DNA of 53,610 bases, filler included, from Jimgerdemannia flammicorona (Eukaryota), in NCBI GenBank assembly GCA_003990765.1. It is 2 parts of 2 records of this genome, joined end to end, with 100 filler letters (N's around TTAATTAATTAA, not from the genome) between each part and the next. Parts side by side here need not be neighbours in the genome. Positions count along the whole stretch, not along the records: positions 1 to 26,759 come from RBNJ01000698.1; positions 26,860 to 53,610 come from RBNJ01000699.1. The stretch is one strand, 5' to 3'. A program made the position numbers and the translations under genes. Under the pieces are notes generated by a model. The model was not told the origin of the DNA. It searched no databases and saw only the letters and a list, made by a program, of their open reading frames with translations. Positions 24,201-36,240 of this stretch are shown here, one piece after another; the first letter of the stretch is position 1, and each line of letters starts with the position of its first letter.

Positions 24201-26759
24201 CAACTCTAGTGACCCTGGACCAAAGATCACCCACATCAATAAGCTACAACTCAAGAAATTGGCCAAGAAATGCCCTCTCTTCGCCATCTCCATCTGACCA
24301 TCCAAAGGAGAACCCGAGAACTCTGAAGAAGATTTTTCCAAGACTGACAGCCGTGTCAGACCACTACTCCAGAAATTCCGAGACATATTCCCAAAGAAGC
24401 TCCCAAAAGGCCTACCTCCCAAATGAGCAGTAGACCATGCCATCAAGACTATCCCAGATGCCAAACCAGCCTTCAAGTCAATCTACCACATATCTCCGAG
24501 AGAAATTGATACACTCAAGAAGGAAATCGACGAACTCCTAGAATAAGAATTCATCAGACCCAGCGTATCACCCTATAGTGCACCAGTCCTCTTTGTTGTC
24601 AAGAAAGGAGGAGACCTGCGAATGTGCATTGACTACCGCGATCTCAATGAGCAGACCATCAAGAACTATTGCCCACTACCAAGGATTGATGAAATATTCG
24701 ATAGACTCACCAACCCACAATTCATGAGCTCCTTTGACCTGCGAAATGGTTACTGGCAAATTGCTATGAAAGAAGAAGACATCTACAAGACAGCCTTCCG
24801 AACTCGCTATGGACACTTTGAGTTCCTGGTTATGCCCTTTGGCTTAACTAATGCTCCAGCAACCTTCCAGATACTGATGAATACCATCCTGCATCCATAC
24901 CTGGACAAATTCATTGTTGTCTACATTGACGACATCCTAGTCTTCAGCAAAACCCTGGAGGAACATCTTGAATACCTTGAACTAGTACTACTGAAACTCC
25001 GAGAAAACAGACTCTTTGCAAAACTCAGCAAGTGTGAATTTCTTCTGAAAGAAATTCAATTCCTTGGACACATTGTCACTCCGAATGGAATCAAAGTGGA
25101 CCCCAGCAAAATCTCTGCAATCAAAGATTGGCCCACACCTAAGAAGCTTAAAGACCTCCAGTCATTCCTGAGATTAGCAAACTATTATAGGTGATTCATT
25201 GCCAACTTTGCTAAAATCACCACTGCCCTCACCCAAATGACCAAGCACAACAAGAAACAAGAACAACCTTGGACCATAAGAAAAGAGAAAGACTTCAACA
25301 ATCTTGTAAATTGGGGACCTGAACAAGATACTGCCTTTCAAGTGCTGAAAGATGCCCTGATAACCACACCAGTACTTCAAGTGGCAAATTCTGCCCTACC
25401 ATATGAAGTTACTACTGATGCCTCTGACCTAGCTCTTGGAGCAGTGCTCATGCAAGAAGGACACCCTGTGGCCTATCACTCCCACAAGTTCAATGATGCT
25501 GAAATCAACTACGCAATTCATGAGAAGGAAATGCTAGCCATCGTGGACACTCTGATCAAATGGTGACCATATCTAGAAGGAGCACACTTCACTATATTAA
25601 TAGACCACAAGTCACTAGTCAACATCAAGACCCAGGCTACCCTTTCTCGAAAGCAAGCTAGATGGATGAAAGTCCTCACCAACTTTGACTATGAAATTCA
25701 GTACCACCCTGGCAAGGAAAATATTATTACTGATGCAATCTCCAGACCACCAATCGAAGAGGTTATCCAAACTCTGACCTTGGTTACCGACACTATCATG
25801 GAACAAATCATCGCAGCATATGTTGATGATAAAGAAGCTCAAGCACTCCGAGAAATCCTGAACAATGATGATGCCAACAAGTATACCTGGTACAATCAAT
25901 ACCAACTCAAGGACAATGCTATCTACTACAAGGACAGACTGTATGTCCCAAACAACCGAGACCTCTGAAGGACTATCCTATTCAAATGTCATGATGCCCC
26001 TACAGCTGGGCATTTAGGATTTGACAAATGCTACAAAGTTATCTCCTGAAACTTCTATTGGCCCCGCATGGCAGATCAGCTCAAAACCTATATTACTTCC
26101 TATGATGCCTGCCAACGAAACAAGTCCTCAACACTAGCAAAACCTGGCTTACTTCACCCTATCCCAGTACCATCTGCAAATTGGGAACAAATCTCTATGG
26201 ACTTCATTATACAACTACCCCAAACCAAGAATGGGAAAGATGCAATTGTTGTCTTTGTGGACTACCTCAGCAAACAAACCCACTTTGTGCCTACTACCAC
26301 TACTGCAACAACACCAGACATAGCCATACTCTTGTTTGACAACATCTTCCACTATCATGGTATTCCTAAGATCATTGTTAGTGACTGAGATCCGAAATTC
26401 ACCAGCCACTTTTGGAAAGCCCTCCATGTATACCTTGGAACAAAACTTGCACTATCCACAGCCTTTCACTCTGAAACCGATGGCCAAACCAAAAGAATGA
26501 ACTGAACTCTGGAACAAATGCTAAGGAACTATGTCTCCTACAGACAAGATGATTGGCATGAACACCTCACAGCAGTCGAGTTTGCCTATAACAACAGCAA
26601 GCAAGCCTCTCTTGGAATGACCCCATTCTTCGCCAACACTGGACAAAATCCAAACACCTCTTTGACACTTATCTGAACCACTGAAGAACCCTCCACAGTC
26701 GAAGCTGTTGAAGAATTCCTACTCCGAATGCGCAATCTAAGCCAGATCGCAATTGAGAA
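21212..26759 (+). pseudogene. gag-pol of element B (gag-NC-dUTPase-Zn motif-PR-RT-RNaseH-IN) with nonsense mutations and a frameshift near 24000
   Basis: One reading frame from ~21212 through the protease, interrupted by TGA/TAA/TAG; RT ORF 24622-25194; RNase H ~25390-25750; integrase HHCC and core from ~25950. Confidence 0.9.
23200..23606 (+). pseudogene. dUTPase domain of element B, between NC zinc knuckle and protease
   Basis: Manual translation: APTKGSQKAAGYDL...SSLA...GGVINEDYTGE...IAQ...RGSKGFGSS, in frame with gag and protease. Confidence 0.9.
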
Positions 26760-26859
26760 NNNNNNNNNNNNNNNNNNNNNNNNNNNNNNNNNNNNNNNNN
26801 NNNTTAATTAATTAANNNNNNNNNNNNNNNNNNNNNNNNNNNNNNNNNNNNNNNNNNNN
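26760..26859. other. Artificial contig-joining linker
   Basis: 100-bp N block with central TTAATTAATTAA (stops in all six frames); flanking contigs are 26759 and 26751 bp. Confidence 0.95.
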
Positions 26860-27000
26860 TTGTTGGATTGCATTATCGCCATCACACATGTATTTCGCAT
26901 CACGCAAAATCGCCATACCACCACCACCACCACCACCACCACTTTTTTTTTATATATTCCCTTTACTCGAGACATATTGTAATGGTTGCATGAGCGAATG

Positions 27001-27270
27001 TTAGCCCTTTTCTGTTGTGTTACGAGTATTTAATAGAATCAATATTCGGATATTATTCATGAGAGGTTGTCGAGCAAGTTCTGCATTGCCATGAAAACGA
27101 TTTCCAACAGCGACAAGGACAAAGCTGAAGAGGAGATCGAGGTTGATGTGGATCCCAACGTCAGCACTCGCGGAGGACGAGAACATTGCGACGAGTCTGA
27201 ATGCCAGGCCTAACGCCAAGTATCCTGCTGACGACAGCTCGTCTGAAATTTGGGTATTACCCTCGAACAT
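27001..27270 (-). CDS. Possible small hypothetical protein (89 aa)
   Basis: ATG in cagccATG context within CpG-normal sequence; no recognisable motif. Confidence 0.2.
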   Translation of the reverse strand: MFEGNTQISDELSSAGYLALGLAFRLVAMFSSSASADVGIHINLDLLFSFVLVAVGNRFHGNAELARQPLMNNIRILILLNTRNTTEKG

Positions 27271-27445
27271 GGCTGTTGCTGAGGTTGTTCGTGGTCTCCG
27301 AGAGCTTGGTGAATTGAAATTGCTTTTGACCTTTTTTGATTGTGCTGTTCTTTGATATAATTGGCTTTATACATATGTAGATTGCCTCATGGGATTGGTT
27401 GTGTTAGGGATACTATTAGATAGCTTAACTGGATTCAGTAGGGTG

Positions 27446-27658
27446 TAGTGCTTACAAATTAATTTGAATTGAATTGAATTGAGGATTTTTATTCAAATTG
27501 AGGTTTGATTTATATATAAGACAAATCCAATAAGTTTAAAATGTTAAGTAGTTGAATTTTAAATTAAATTAAATTCAAATCAAATTAGATCTCAATTTGA
27601 TTTAAACTATTTTAAATTTAACTTAAATCTAATTCAATTTTATTTATTATAAATACTA
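27446..27658. mobile_element. Degenerate hAT-like MITE, same type as 1081-1281
   Basis: Ends tagtgcttaca...tataaatacta; aattg-rich interior; flanking 8-mers gtagggtg / ataaagta differ only by G>A. Confidence 0.6.
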
Positions 27659-27849
27659 ATAAAGTAGTTAAAGATATTTATAAGTAAATAATAAAATTAA
27701 TATTTATTATTAATAATTTTTTTATAAAATCTATATATACTTTGTTACTATATTTTAAATATTAATATTAGATATATAATATTATTACATAATATAGATA
27801 TTATTATTAATTATTACTAAATACTAATATTACCTTGTTCTTTAGTATA

Positions 27850-27854
27850 TATTA

Positions 27855-27885
<31 letters not shown>

Positions 27886-29560
27886 TTATATAAACTCTAT
27901 ATTTTATGGATTTTTATTAAAAGAGAATCTAGACTAGTACTCAGAATGAATTAAATTGAATCAAATTTACCTCTAATTTGATTCAATTCAAAATATTCAA
28001 ATCAAATTAAGAGTTAATTCAATTCAATTCAATTCAAATCAAGGCTCAATTCAATTCAATTTAAATTAAATTGAGGTCTAATTTAATTTGAAGTCTAATT
28101 CAAACCTAATTTTTCAAAATTCAATAACTTGACTAAAAATATCCAAATTTAATAAATTTAATGAATTTTAACTTGTTTAATATATCTTATAATAGAGAAT
28201 CTAGTATAATAAAGAATATTAAATTTGGGTATATTTCTATTGAGTTATTATATTTTGAATTTAGAATAAATATTTCAAATTGAATTAGATCTTAATTTAA
28301 TTTGATTAAATCAAATCAGATCTCAATTTGATTTGAATTTAATTTAAATTCAAAAATTTCCAATTTAATTTAATTTGAATAATCCTCAATTTAATCCAAT
28401 TTGAATTAATTTAATTTATTTAAGAGTACTAATTTAGACTATATAGACTAAAACTCTCCTCTACTCTACTCTAAATACTATATAGACTTACTATTGTCCA
28501 GTAACTCTATCATGCCAAATATAGTAGGATAAATAGCCTATATCTCATTCTATATACCATACTCTCTCTATTATTAAAGAGAAAATAACCATATATCAAT
28601 AACTGAAAATATATATCTAAAACTCTAATATATATATATATAAGACTATATATATTAGAACTAGATAGCAAAGTCTCACTACTTCAAATAGAGTAACAGA
28701 TAAAAAAAAAACTCTCCAAAAGATATAAAATAGTGGGTAGAAGCTAGTTCTCTCTAATAAAATGAATAAAGAACTTATATATAAGATAGAAAGAGACCTA
28801 CAATACTCTACTACTTAAGTTTACAGACCTTAATTATATTATTATATCAGCTCTTAGTTCTAGTTAAGTACAGTCTAAATATCTAATTTAGATAGTCTTA
28901 GATCTCTTAATAATCTCAAATAACTAGAGCCTAATCTCATATATTATTAAGAGCTACTAAGAGTGATACTTATTATCTAACTACTTTATACTAATTAGAA
29001 GATCTCACTAATATAATATCTATATTAGTCTTAATAATTGTTATTAGTCTGATATTTAACTGATTTACTATAATTATCTACCTATTTATCTGTAATAGTT
29101 ATCTTTTCTTCTATTCTGATATTATCTAAAAAGTAGTTATCTATATTAGAACCATACTTACTAAGAAGCTTATCAAAACTCAGAGGATCTATTACAGATA
29201 CTGAGAATCTATCAAAATCTTTACTGGTACTTAATATCTCAAGGTTAGCTAACTTTCTATTAGCCTAAAATATATTACAATTATATCTTATTGATAATAG
29301 TAAAAAAAAGAAGATATTATACCAAAATAGATATATATACTTCAGATATAGCCAGAGGTACCAAAAACTGTAAAAAAAGTAGAGAAAACACTAATTCAAT
29401 ACTAATAAAGAGATGACTTATTACTATTACCTTTCTTCTATCATTCTATAATAGATATAGCAAATTAACCTAAGGTAAAGAAAGGTAAAAGTTATAGAAA
29501 GAGAACTCAGAAGGTTATTTATCAAAACCTTATAATTAATATAGTAGTAGAGAAAGAAGC
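27850..29560 (-). mobile_element. AT-eroded second copy of the 8424-9620 (TAA)n-tailed element, interrupted by a MITE
   Basis: Shared blocks such as agactatatag..aaaactctcc, aaagaacttatat, aggtacca..aactgt, ctcagaaggtta; (att)n at 27855-27885. Confidence 0.7.
27935..28431. mobile_element. hAT-like MITE (~500 bp)
   Basis: TIRs tagtactc...gagtacta; 8-bp TSD atctagac / atttagac; the empty site acctagac is seen at 8493-8500. Confidence 0.8.
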
Positions 29561-30219
29561 CATATATATATATTATATTATTATTATTATTAACTGAGTT
29601 AGTACTTTTATTATTAATAATATTATCTATACTACTAATAGTACTTATATATATATACTATTAATATTATTATTACTTTTATTACATAAAAAGAGTTTTA
29701 TTAATTAGTTATAGATATCAGATTAATAAAACCACTTATAGATCTTATAAAATTAGTACTGATTACTTATATAAATATTGTCTATATAAATATTACTTAA
29801 ATATTATTATATAGTATATATATATATTAGTTTAGTTACTATAATAAGTATCTTAATAATTATTTCTTTTATAATATCTATATTTTCCATAATTATCTTC
29901 AAACTTAGTCTAACTATACCTTTGATCTTATTAGTATTTCTTATCTTATCTGTAGAAGTTATAAAAGATTTTTTTATTATTATTACTATTATCTCCATTA
30001 AATATAAATATTTATATATATTAATCTCATTAATCTTATTTCTATATTGACTTCATTGACCTCATTTGTCTCATTGAATTTATTAGCCTTATTGGTCTTT
30101 TCTATAATTGTCTCTATCATTTGAAAGAGGTTTATTATTATAATTACCTTTATCATCAGAGAGGACTTTGTTATCATAATTGCCTCTACTATCTAGACAG
30201 ATATAATTATCTATTATCT

Positions 30220-30946
30220 AGAGCACCTCTTTCTCTTCTCTTCTACTCCCTCTCCTCTCTCAAAAAAAAGCTCACCACATATCTGAACCAATGGCCCATA
30301 CCAAGCAAACCACCCACAAGTCCACTGGTGGCAAGGCTCCTCGTAAACAGCTTGCTACCAAGGCCGCTCGCAAATCTGCCCCTGTCACTGGTGGTGTCAA
30401 GAAGCCCCATCACTATAGGCCTGGTACTGTTGCTCTTCGTGAGATCCATCACTACCGCAAGCTACCCTTCCAGTGCCTTGTTCATGAAATCGCCCAGGAC
30501 TTCAAGACTGACCTGCACTTCCAGAGCTCTGCTATCAGTGCCTTGCAAAAGGCCTCTAAAGCTTATATCGTCGTCTTATTCGAAGACACTAACCTTGCTG
30601 CGATCTACGCCAAGCGTGTCACCATCCAGCCCAAGGATATTCAGCTTGCCCATCACCTTCGTGGTGAGCAGTCGTAAACTCTCCTATTCTTGTCTGCATC
30701 CTCATTATCCGCCCCCTTCATGATAACATCATCTTATGGTCGGGGTGTTCCCGCCCTTCTGTCATACTTTTTGTTATGTATTATATATATCCTCTGAGTT
30801 GTACTTATCGCAAGCATCTCGTTTTCTAATATCGGTAGCTTTGTTGTTTGCCCTGCTGTGTATATATTGCCGCCTGCTTTATGGCATGTTCTGTGGATTT
30901 GTACAAAATAAACTCGCTTGAGTTTGTGCATAGCCTTTGCAAAAAA
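30220..30946 (+). pseudogene. H3: Processed (retrotransposed) histone H3 pseudogene; ORF 30291-30677
   Basis: Intronless fungal-type H3 with R>H/A>T/E>K changes and loss of QKSTELLI; UTRs; AATAAA 30907-30912; A tract from 30941; 15-bp TSD aattatctattatct at 30205-30219 and 30947-30961. Confidence 0.92.
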
Positions 30947-31419
30947 AATTATCTATTATCTGAGAGAACTTCTTTATTGCTATCTTAGCAGACTTCTTCA
31001 CTACCTAGGCTAGTAATGACCATCTTTTCTAGCCACTATCAGGGCTCATAATCTTTATTGTAGAATTTATAAGACTGAATAGAAAAAGTAATTTTATTGA
31101 AATTACATAAGTTGAATATTTTACACATCACTAATGAATGATATAGAACTGATGTAAATGGTATAAAATCACATACTGATATATCAAATTGTCATCTCAA
31201 CAAAAAATATTTAAATTTATCTATATTAAAGCTTAGCCAGTTAGATAATTTATAACATTTATACTTTCAAATAAGAAACATATCCACTTCACATCTTCCA
31301 GTTATATAGGATGGCTATCATTTCACTGGCATTTCTGTCATCTGAGGATGAGCGAACACATATAGATCGTGAGCTTGATTCCATTACACAGCTGAACACA
31401 GTATTTCACATGGTTCTGA

Positions 31420-32620
31420 GTTCAGAGTTCCAGCATGGTTAAGATCTTGCTCTGCCTCAGATACTCGGTCAGGGAAGCGTGCCCCCTCGTCGCCGATCCT
31501 GTTGTCTGAACATGAACAGGGGGATGCAATATTGTGAGCTTGATTCTATCGCGTGGCTGCACACAATGCTGCACATAATTTCGACATACTAGCGTGGCCA
31601 AGGTTGTGTTCTGCTTCAGAGACTCGACTAGGGCACGTGCCCCCTCGCCGCCGATGCTGTTCTCTGAACATGAACAGGGGAGGGGGTACACGCACAGATC
31701 ATGAGCTTGATTACATCATGCAGCTGCACACAATGCTACACACAGTTCCAACATACTTTCGAGATTCAGCGTAGTCAAGGTCGTGTTCTGTTTCAGAGAC
31801 TCGGCTAGGGCGCGTGCCCCCTCGTCGCCGATGCTGTTCCCTGAACGTAAACAGAGGGAATGCACATATCGTGAGCTTGATTCATCGCACAGTTGCACAC
31901 AATGCTTCACACAGTTCCGACATACTATATTCGTTCGTAAAAAGCCATGATAGCCCGTATTCGAAGCGGTCTGGACATGAACAGAGAATGGATGAGCGAA
32001 CACACACGGATCGAACACGCACGGATCGTGAGCTTGGTTCTATCACTCAGCTGCACACAATGTTTCATACAGTTCCGACATACTTCCGAAATTCAGCGTG
32101 GTTATGTCGTGTTCTGCTTCAGAGACTCAGCTAGGGCGCGTGTCCCCTCGCCGCCGATGTTGTTACCTGAACATGAACGAGCGAACACGCACGGATCGTA
32201 AGCTTGATTCCATCGTGCTGCACACAATGCTTCACACAGCTCCAACATACTTTCGAGATTCATCGTGGTCAATATCGTGTTCTGTTTCAGAGACTCGGTT
32301 AGGGCGCGTGCCCCCTCGTCGCCGATGCTGTTCCCTGAACATGAACAGGGGGTGGATTAACGAACCCGCACGGATCGTGAGCTTGATTCAATCACAAAAT
32401 GCTTCACACAGTTCCAACATACTGAAAGATTCAGCGTGGTCAAGGTCATGTTTCGCTTCAGAGACTCGGCTAGGGTACGTGCCCCCTCGTCGCCGATGCT
32501 GTTATCTGAACGTGGATAGGGGGTGCAGCTGCACACAATGCTTCACACAGTTCCAACATACTTTCGAGATTCAGCGTTGTCAATGTCGTATCCTGCCTCA
32601 GAAACTCGGCTAGAACGGCC
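31420..32620 (-). repeat. Tandem exon+intron array of 28-aa LRRs (~7-8 units of ~140-180 bp)
   Basis: 84-nt exons at 31757-31840 and 32251-32334 (83 nt at 32084-32166 and 32423-32505), each with ttcag| acceptor and |gtatgt donor; intron sequences are repeated too. Confidence 0.85.
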
Positions 32621-35600
32621 GCGAGCAATTTCGCGACCTCGACGTGCCCACAATTCACGGCATAGTGCAGCGGCATCCCTGGTTGTTCCTGACGCCCTGA
32701 ACTCGGTCACGAGCAGCCTCACAACTTCGATATACCCTCCCTTCGCAGCCATGTGCAGCGGCGCCCACCCGTCAATGTTCTTGGCGTTGGGTCCGCTCCG
32801 AACACGATTATGAGTATTACTATGAAATCGACATGCCCGTTTTCTGCGGCACAGTGCACTAGCTTGTTACCCTTCTTGTCCTTTGCATTGATGTTTGCAT
32901 TGAATTCGAATACGAGTAGCTCAAACAAATTGATGTAGCCCTTCTTTGCAGCTAGGTGCAACGGAGTCCGACCATGCCTATCCTTCAATTCGACGTTGGC
33001 GTTGGGTTGATTGAGCAGCGATCTGATCAATGTCATATGACCACCCTCAGCAACAGCGGAAGAGAAAGATCAAACTTGATCGACAGACCTTCTGTCTTGT
33101 TTTCATCATAGATTTTGTACCAATAATTCATTCTGTTTCTGTCCTTCTCAACGCCACGGCCGAACCGATAGCAATTTTGAACCTTTTCTTGTGCTCCTTT
33201 GTCGCCAGCCTCTGAAACCTTCAAGTACCATTCTTCTCGTCCATGTCAACGGCCCCCCCTCCTTCCTCGTAACAAACAGCAATGGTTAGCTGCGCTTCTA
33301 AATGTCCATTTATCGCAGCTTTAGTGCACCAGTCAATCTGCTTCTCTAGATTATTTGCAACGCCGAAGCCTACTCCATAACATAGTGTAATATAGAACTG
33401 TATCTCCGAATCATTCTGCATGTCGGCAACGGAATTTTCGGTAGCGCCAAACTGGTGATTGAGGAAGGAGGATGTAGGGTATAAAACCTTGTGTCTTTCT
33501 CCATAAACCTGGGACGCCAGTCACCCGAACCTTGAATCGTACTTGAGTTCATTCAGCGAGCTCTGTTGCCAAAGTTTGTGTAAATTGTTCTCTGCAGACA
33601 ATACCAATGTACTGTTATTATCCAAAGCCTTCTTCGCTAGTGTTGCTGAGAAGGGAACCTCAAATAGTCTTAACTGTCCAAGCAATGATTTAAGACTATC
33701 ATCTAGGTAATCTGGATACATTTATCGACTGAATCGTAACGTTCTTCAAGATAATCTGTCGCATCCCGTAGCCGGTCGTTGATGTGGTTGACGAATTCTT
33801 CAACAGGCTCCATGCAGTTATTGAATACACCACCAAGAAGACGAATCGACAATGGATAGGCTACTAATCTTTTTTGCATCGTCATCGTCAATATCATCCG
33901 AACGTTGAGAAGCCCATTGCCGAAAGATCTGCATACCATCATGTGGTGCTAAACCATTCAGCTCGATAAATTGTTCATTGGGCCAATCGAGCGCGATTCT
34001 TGATGTTGCAAGAACTTCGATGTTTTCCGGTATTTGGTGGAAAAATCTCATCAAAGATATTACATCATTTTCCGTCGCCGAGTCTTACATGTTTGACATC
34101 CTCCATCAAGATAAAACAGCGTCGGCCTTCCACTTTGCTAACTTGGCTATCACTGCATTTCGCAAAATCTTAGGATCTCGAGACATTTCGATGTCGATGT
34201 TGAGAAATCCGGCGATCATTGAAATTACTGAATCCGAGCTCGGGTTTCCGACGAGTGATATCACCAGCACTCTGCCAGAGTTGAAGTTCTTGACCGCTTG
34301 GATTGCCAAAGCCGTTCTGCCCATCCCGCCAAATCCACGAATAGTGATGTAGCGAATTTTCGTATCACGGAGTAGTTCTTCCAATTTTTGGAGCTCTTGC
34401 TGACGTCCAAAAAATTCTCCATATGCATTGACATTGCCGAAATCTATGTCCGTTGCCGGGTGGTTCACATTGCCGATTTCCGCTTCCGATGCTATTGATT
34501 AAAATGTAGCATTGTCAGTGAGCGACTCCTGTTAGTTTCCCCTGTTCACATTTTTACCCCTAAGGGTTTCTTCACCTGGCAAAGTATTGAGATCCATTCG
34601 TTTTATGGGTTATTTCTACCCAGTTTATGTATTCAAATAAGCAGTTCGATGACGGTATTGTGAGTTTGCATTGTTCCCAACAATCGTTGCTTGGGGAGTG
34701 GAAGAGACTGCAACTCACCGGGAGGAGGTTCTGTCCTAATTATAAATGCGTCTTCTCTAGACAGGATCGTAAAGATTCCATGGCCTTCTTCATCAGACTT
34801 ACATTCTTTTCGGCATTTGTGGTAGCCCGTTCGGTGAGCTCGGTGTTGGTATGATACAAACACAGGATGAACGGCGATTTATTTTCTGTCACAATCGGTA
34901 TGATGTGCTCCATACAGAACTTAGGAAAGCTCGCGTGGAGGATTTCGGACGCATTACGTCTGAACACACCAACCCACCAAATAACATTTGCTGCTGCACG
35001 CCGTCCCTTTCGAGTTTGTGGCCGCTGATGCCAGGAATGTCAACAATGTTGTAGTATTGTTCTTCACTTCATTACGGGCATAGTCTTGGATACTTCGGAG
35101 TTGCCATTCAAACACCATGGAAATTCCTGGGGTAAAAAATCAGAAGATAGTGCACAGAGGAAACCCAAAATGACCGAATTTCAACTGCATTACTCGCCAT
35201 ATTTAGATGGTTTGGCAACTCCAATTACAAACGTGTCATCATATACGCCGAGTACCAGCAAGCAAAGTCGCAGTTTCATTACCGAATTACACTGTCTCAC
35301 GCCTTCTCTAAGAGCGACGTGGATCCTGTATTCACCATCTATTTTCGACAATAACTTAATATCGCATAGTTGCTGCAGGTTCTCGTTACGATAACTGACC
35401 CTTTCTGGCGATGAAGAGGTGTGGTTGACAAAATAACGTACGAACGCGAGCACTCCTTCTGTGATTGGTCCGATGGCAACGTGTCAGCGAAGTCGAGACT
35501 TCCTGCGTCTTGATCTTCAAAGATAAGTGCCCTCGCACCATCGTTCTGCAAGCCACAGTGTCCCATGAAGTGAAGCACCGTGGCCATCTCAGCATTTACC

Positions 35601-36240
35601 TAAGCAACTCGTACATTTGGTCGACGGTCGGCGGGAACACACACTGCAGTAATACCGTTCGATCGTTTTCTTATACTCATCACATAATGCCTGAAACTGA
35701 TCGTTCAGATGCAGATCTGGAGATTGCTTTGCGTTTGGATCGTTCGGCAGGATGACGGGTCCAGTACGACGGCGACGATGTGCAGCGGAAGTTTCGAAGG
35801 CTGAGGCTCCTTCAGTTTGAGGAGGGGCAGCGAAAATAGCGAAAGTAGCGAAAAATTCGATGGCAGAGGGCTGCCCCACGCGTACTCCCAGGGGATGACG
35901 TCGAGGTCGTGGTCGTAGCAGGATCCGACGCTTTGAGAGAGAGGCCGTAACATGTCCTGCAGCCGACGCCGGGCGGGGCTGGACTCTTTTTCCGAAAAGA
36001 GGGCCCAGAACAACTTTTTTCCGTATTTTCTGAGGGCCGCAGACTTGGGTTTTACATCGAAGACATTGACGGCGATGAGTCGACCCTCTTGAATATCTTG
36101 AAGGTTGAAAGGAATGGTTTTCAACAAGCTCAGCCAAGAGATCATCGACGTCGGAAACCTTGACGTGGACTCTGATTTCTTTGGGGTCATCACTATTGGT
36201 ATCCTTTCACAAGAATATTTGCATGTTTGTGAGTGTATGG
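31420..36240 (-). pseudogene. Disrupted NLR-like gene: CHAT protease - NB-ARC-type ATPase - Sel1 - ankyrin - RI-like LRR
   Basis: CHAT-like LDVIPWEY, VLHFMGH, LIFED, VILS (35400-35900); FFGRQQEL...GFGGMGRT P-loop (~34300-34420); VLATSR; Sel1-like CYGVGFGV / CYRFGRGV; ankyrin GRTPLHLAA; LRR NSIGDEGARALAESLKQNTTLTTLNL. Many frameshifts. Confidence 0.75.

Larger units (their letters stand above)
19108..26759 (+). mobile_element. Ty3/Gypsy LTR retrotransposon, family B, nested in A2; 3' part runs off the contig
   Basis: Starts TGTAAG exactly where homology to family A stops. PBS TGGTAGCAGCGG at 21175; zinc knuckle CFYCQKTGHMASAC; dUTPase; protease IDSGA; RT YIDD; RNase H TDAS; integrase. Confidence 0.93.

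Noticed and set aside
26760..26859. A single 'defence island' linking AGO and TEs with the NLR and TPR genes
   Set aside because: The join is an artificial six-frame-stop linker between two similar-sized contigs; adjacency is not biological evidence.
30291..30677. Novel histone H3 variant or CenH3
   Set aside because: TSD, poly(A) tract and CpG-type substitutions at invariant arginines indicate a decaying retrocopy.
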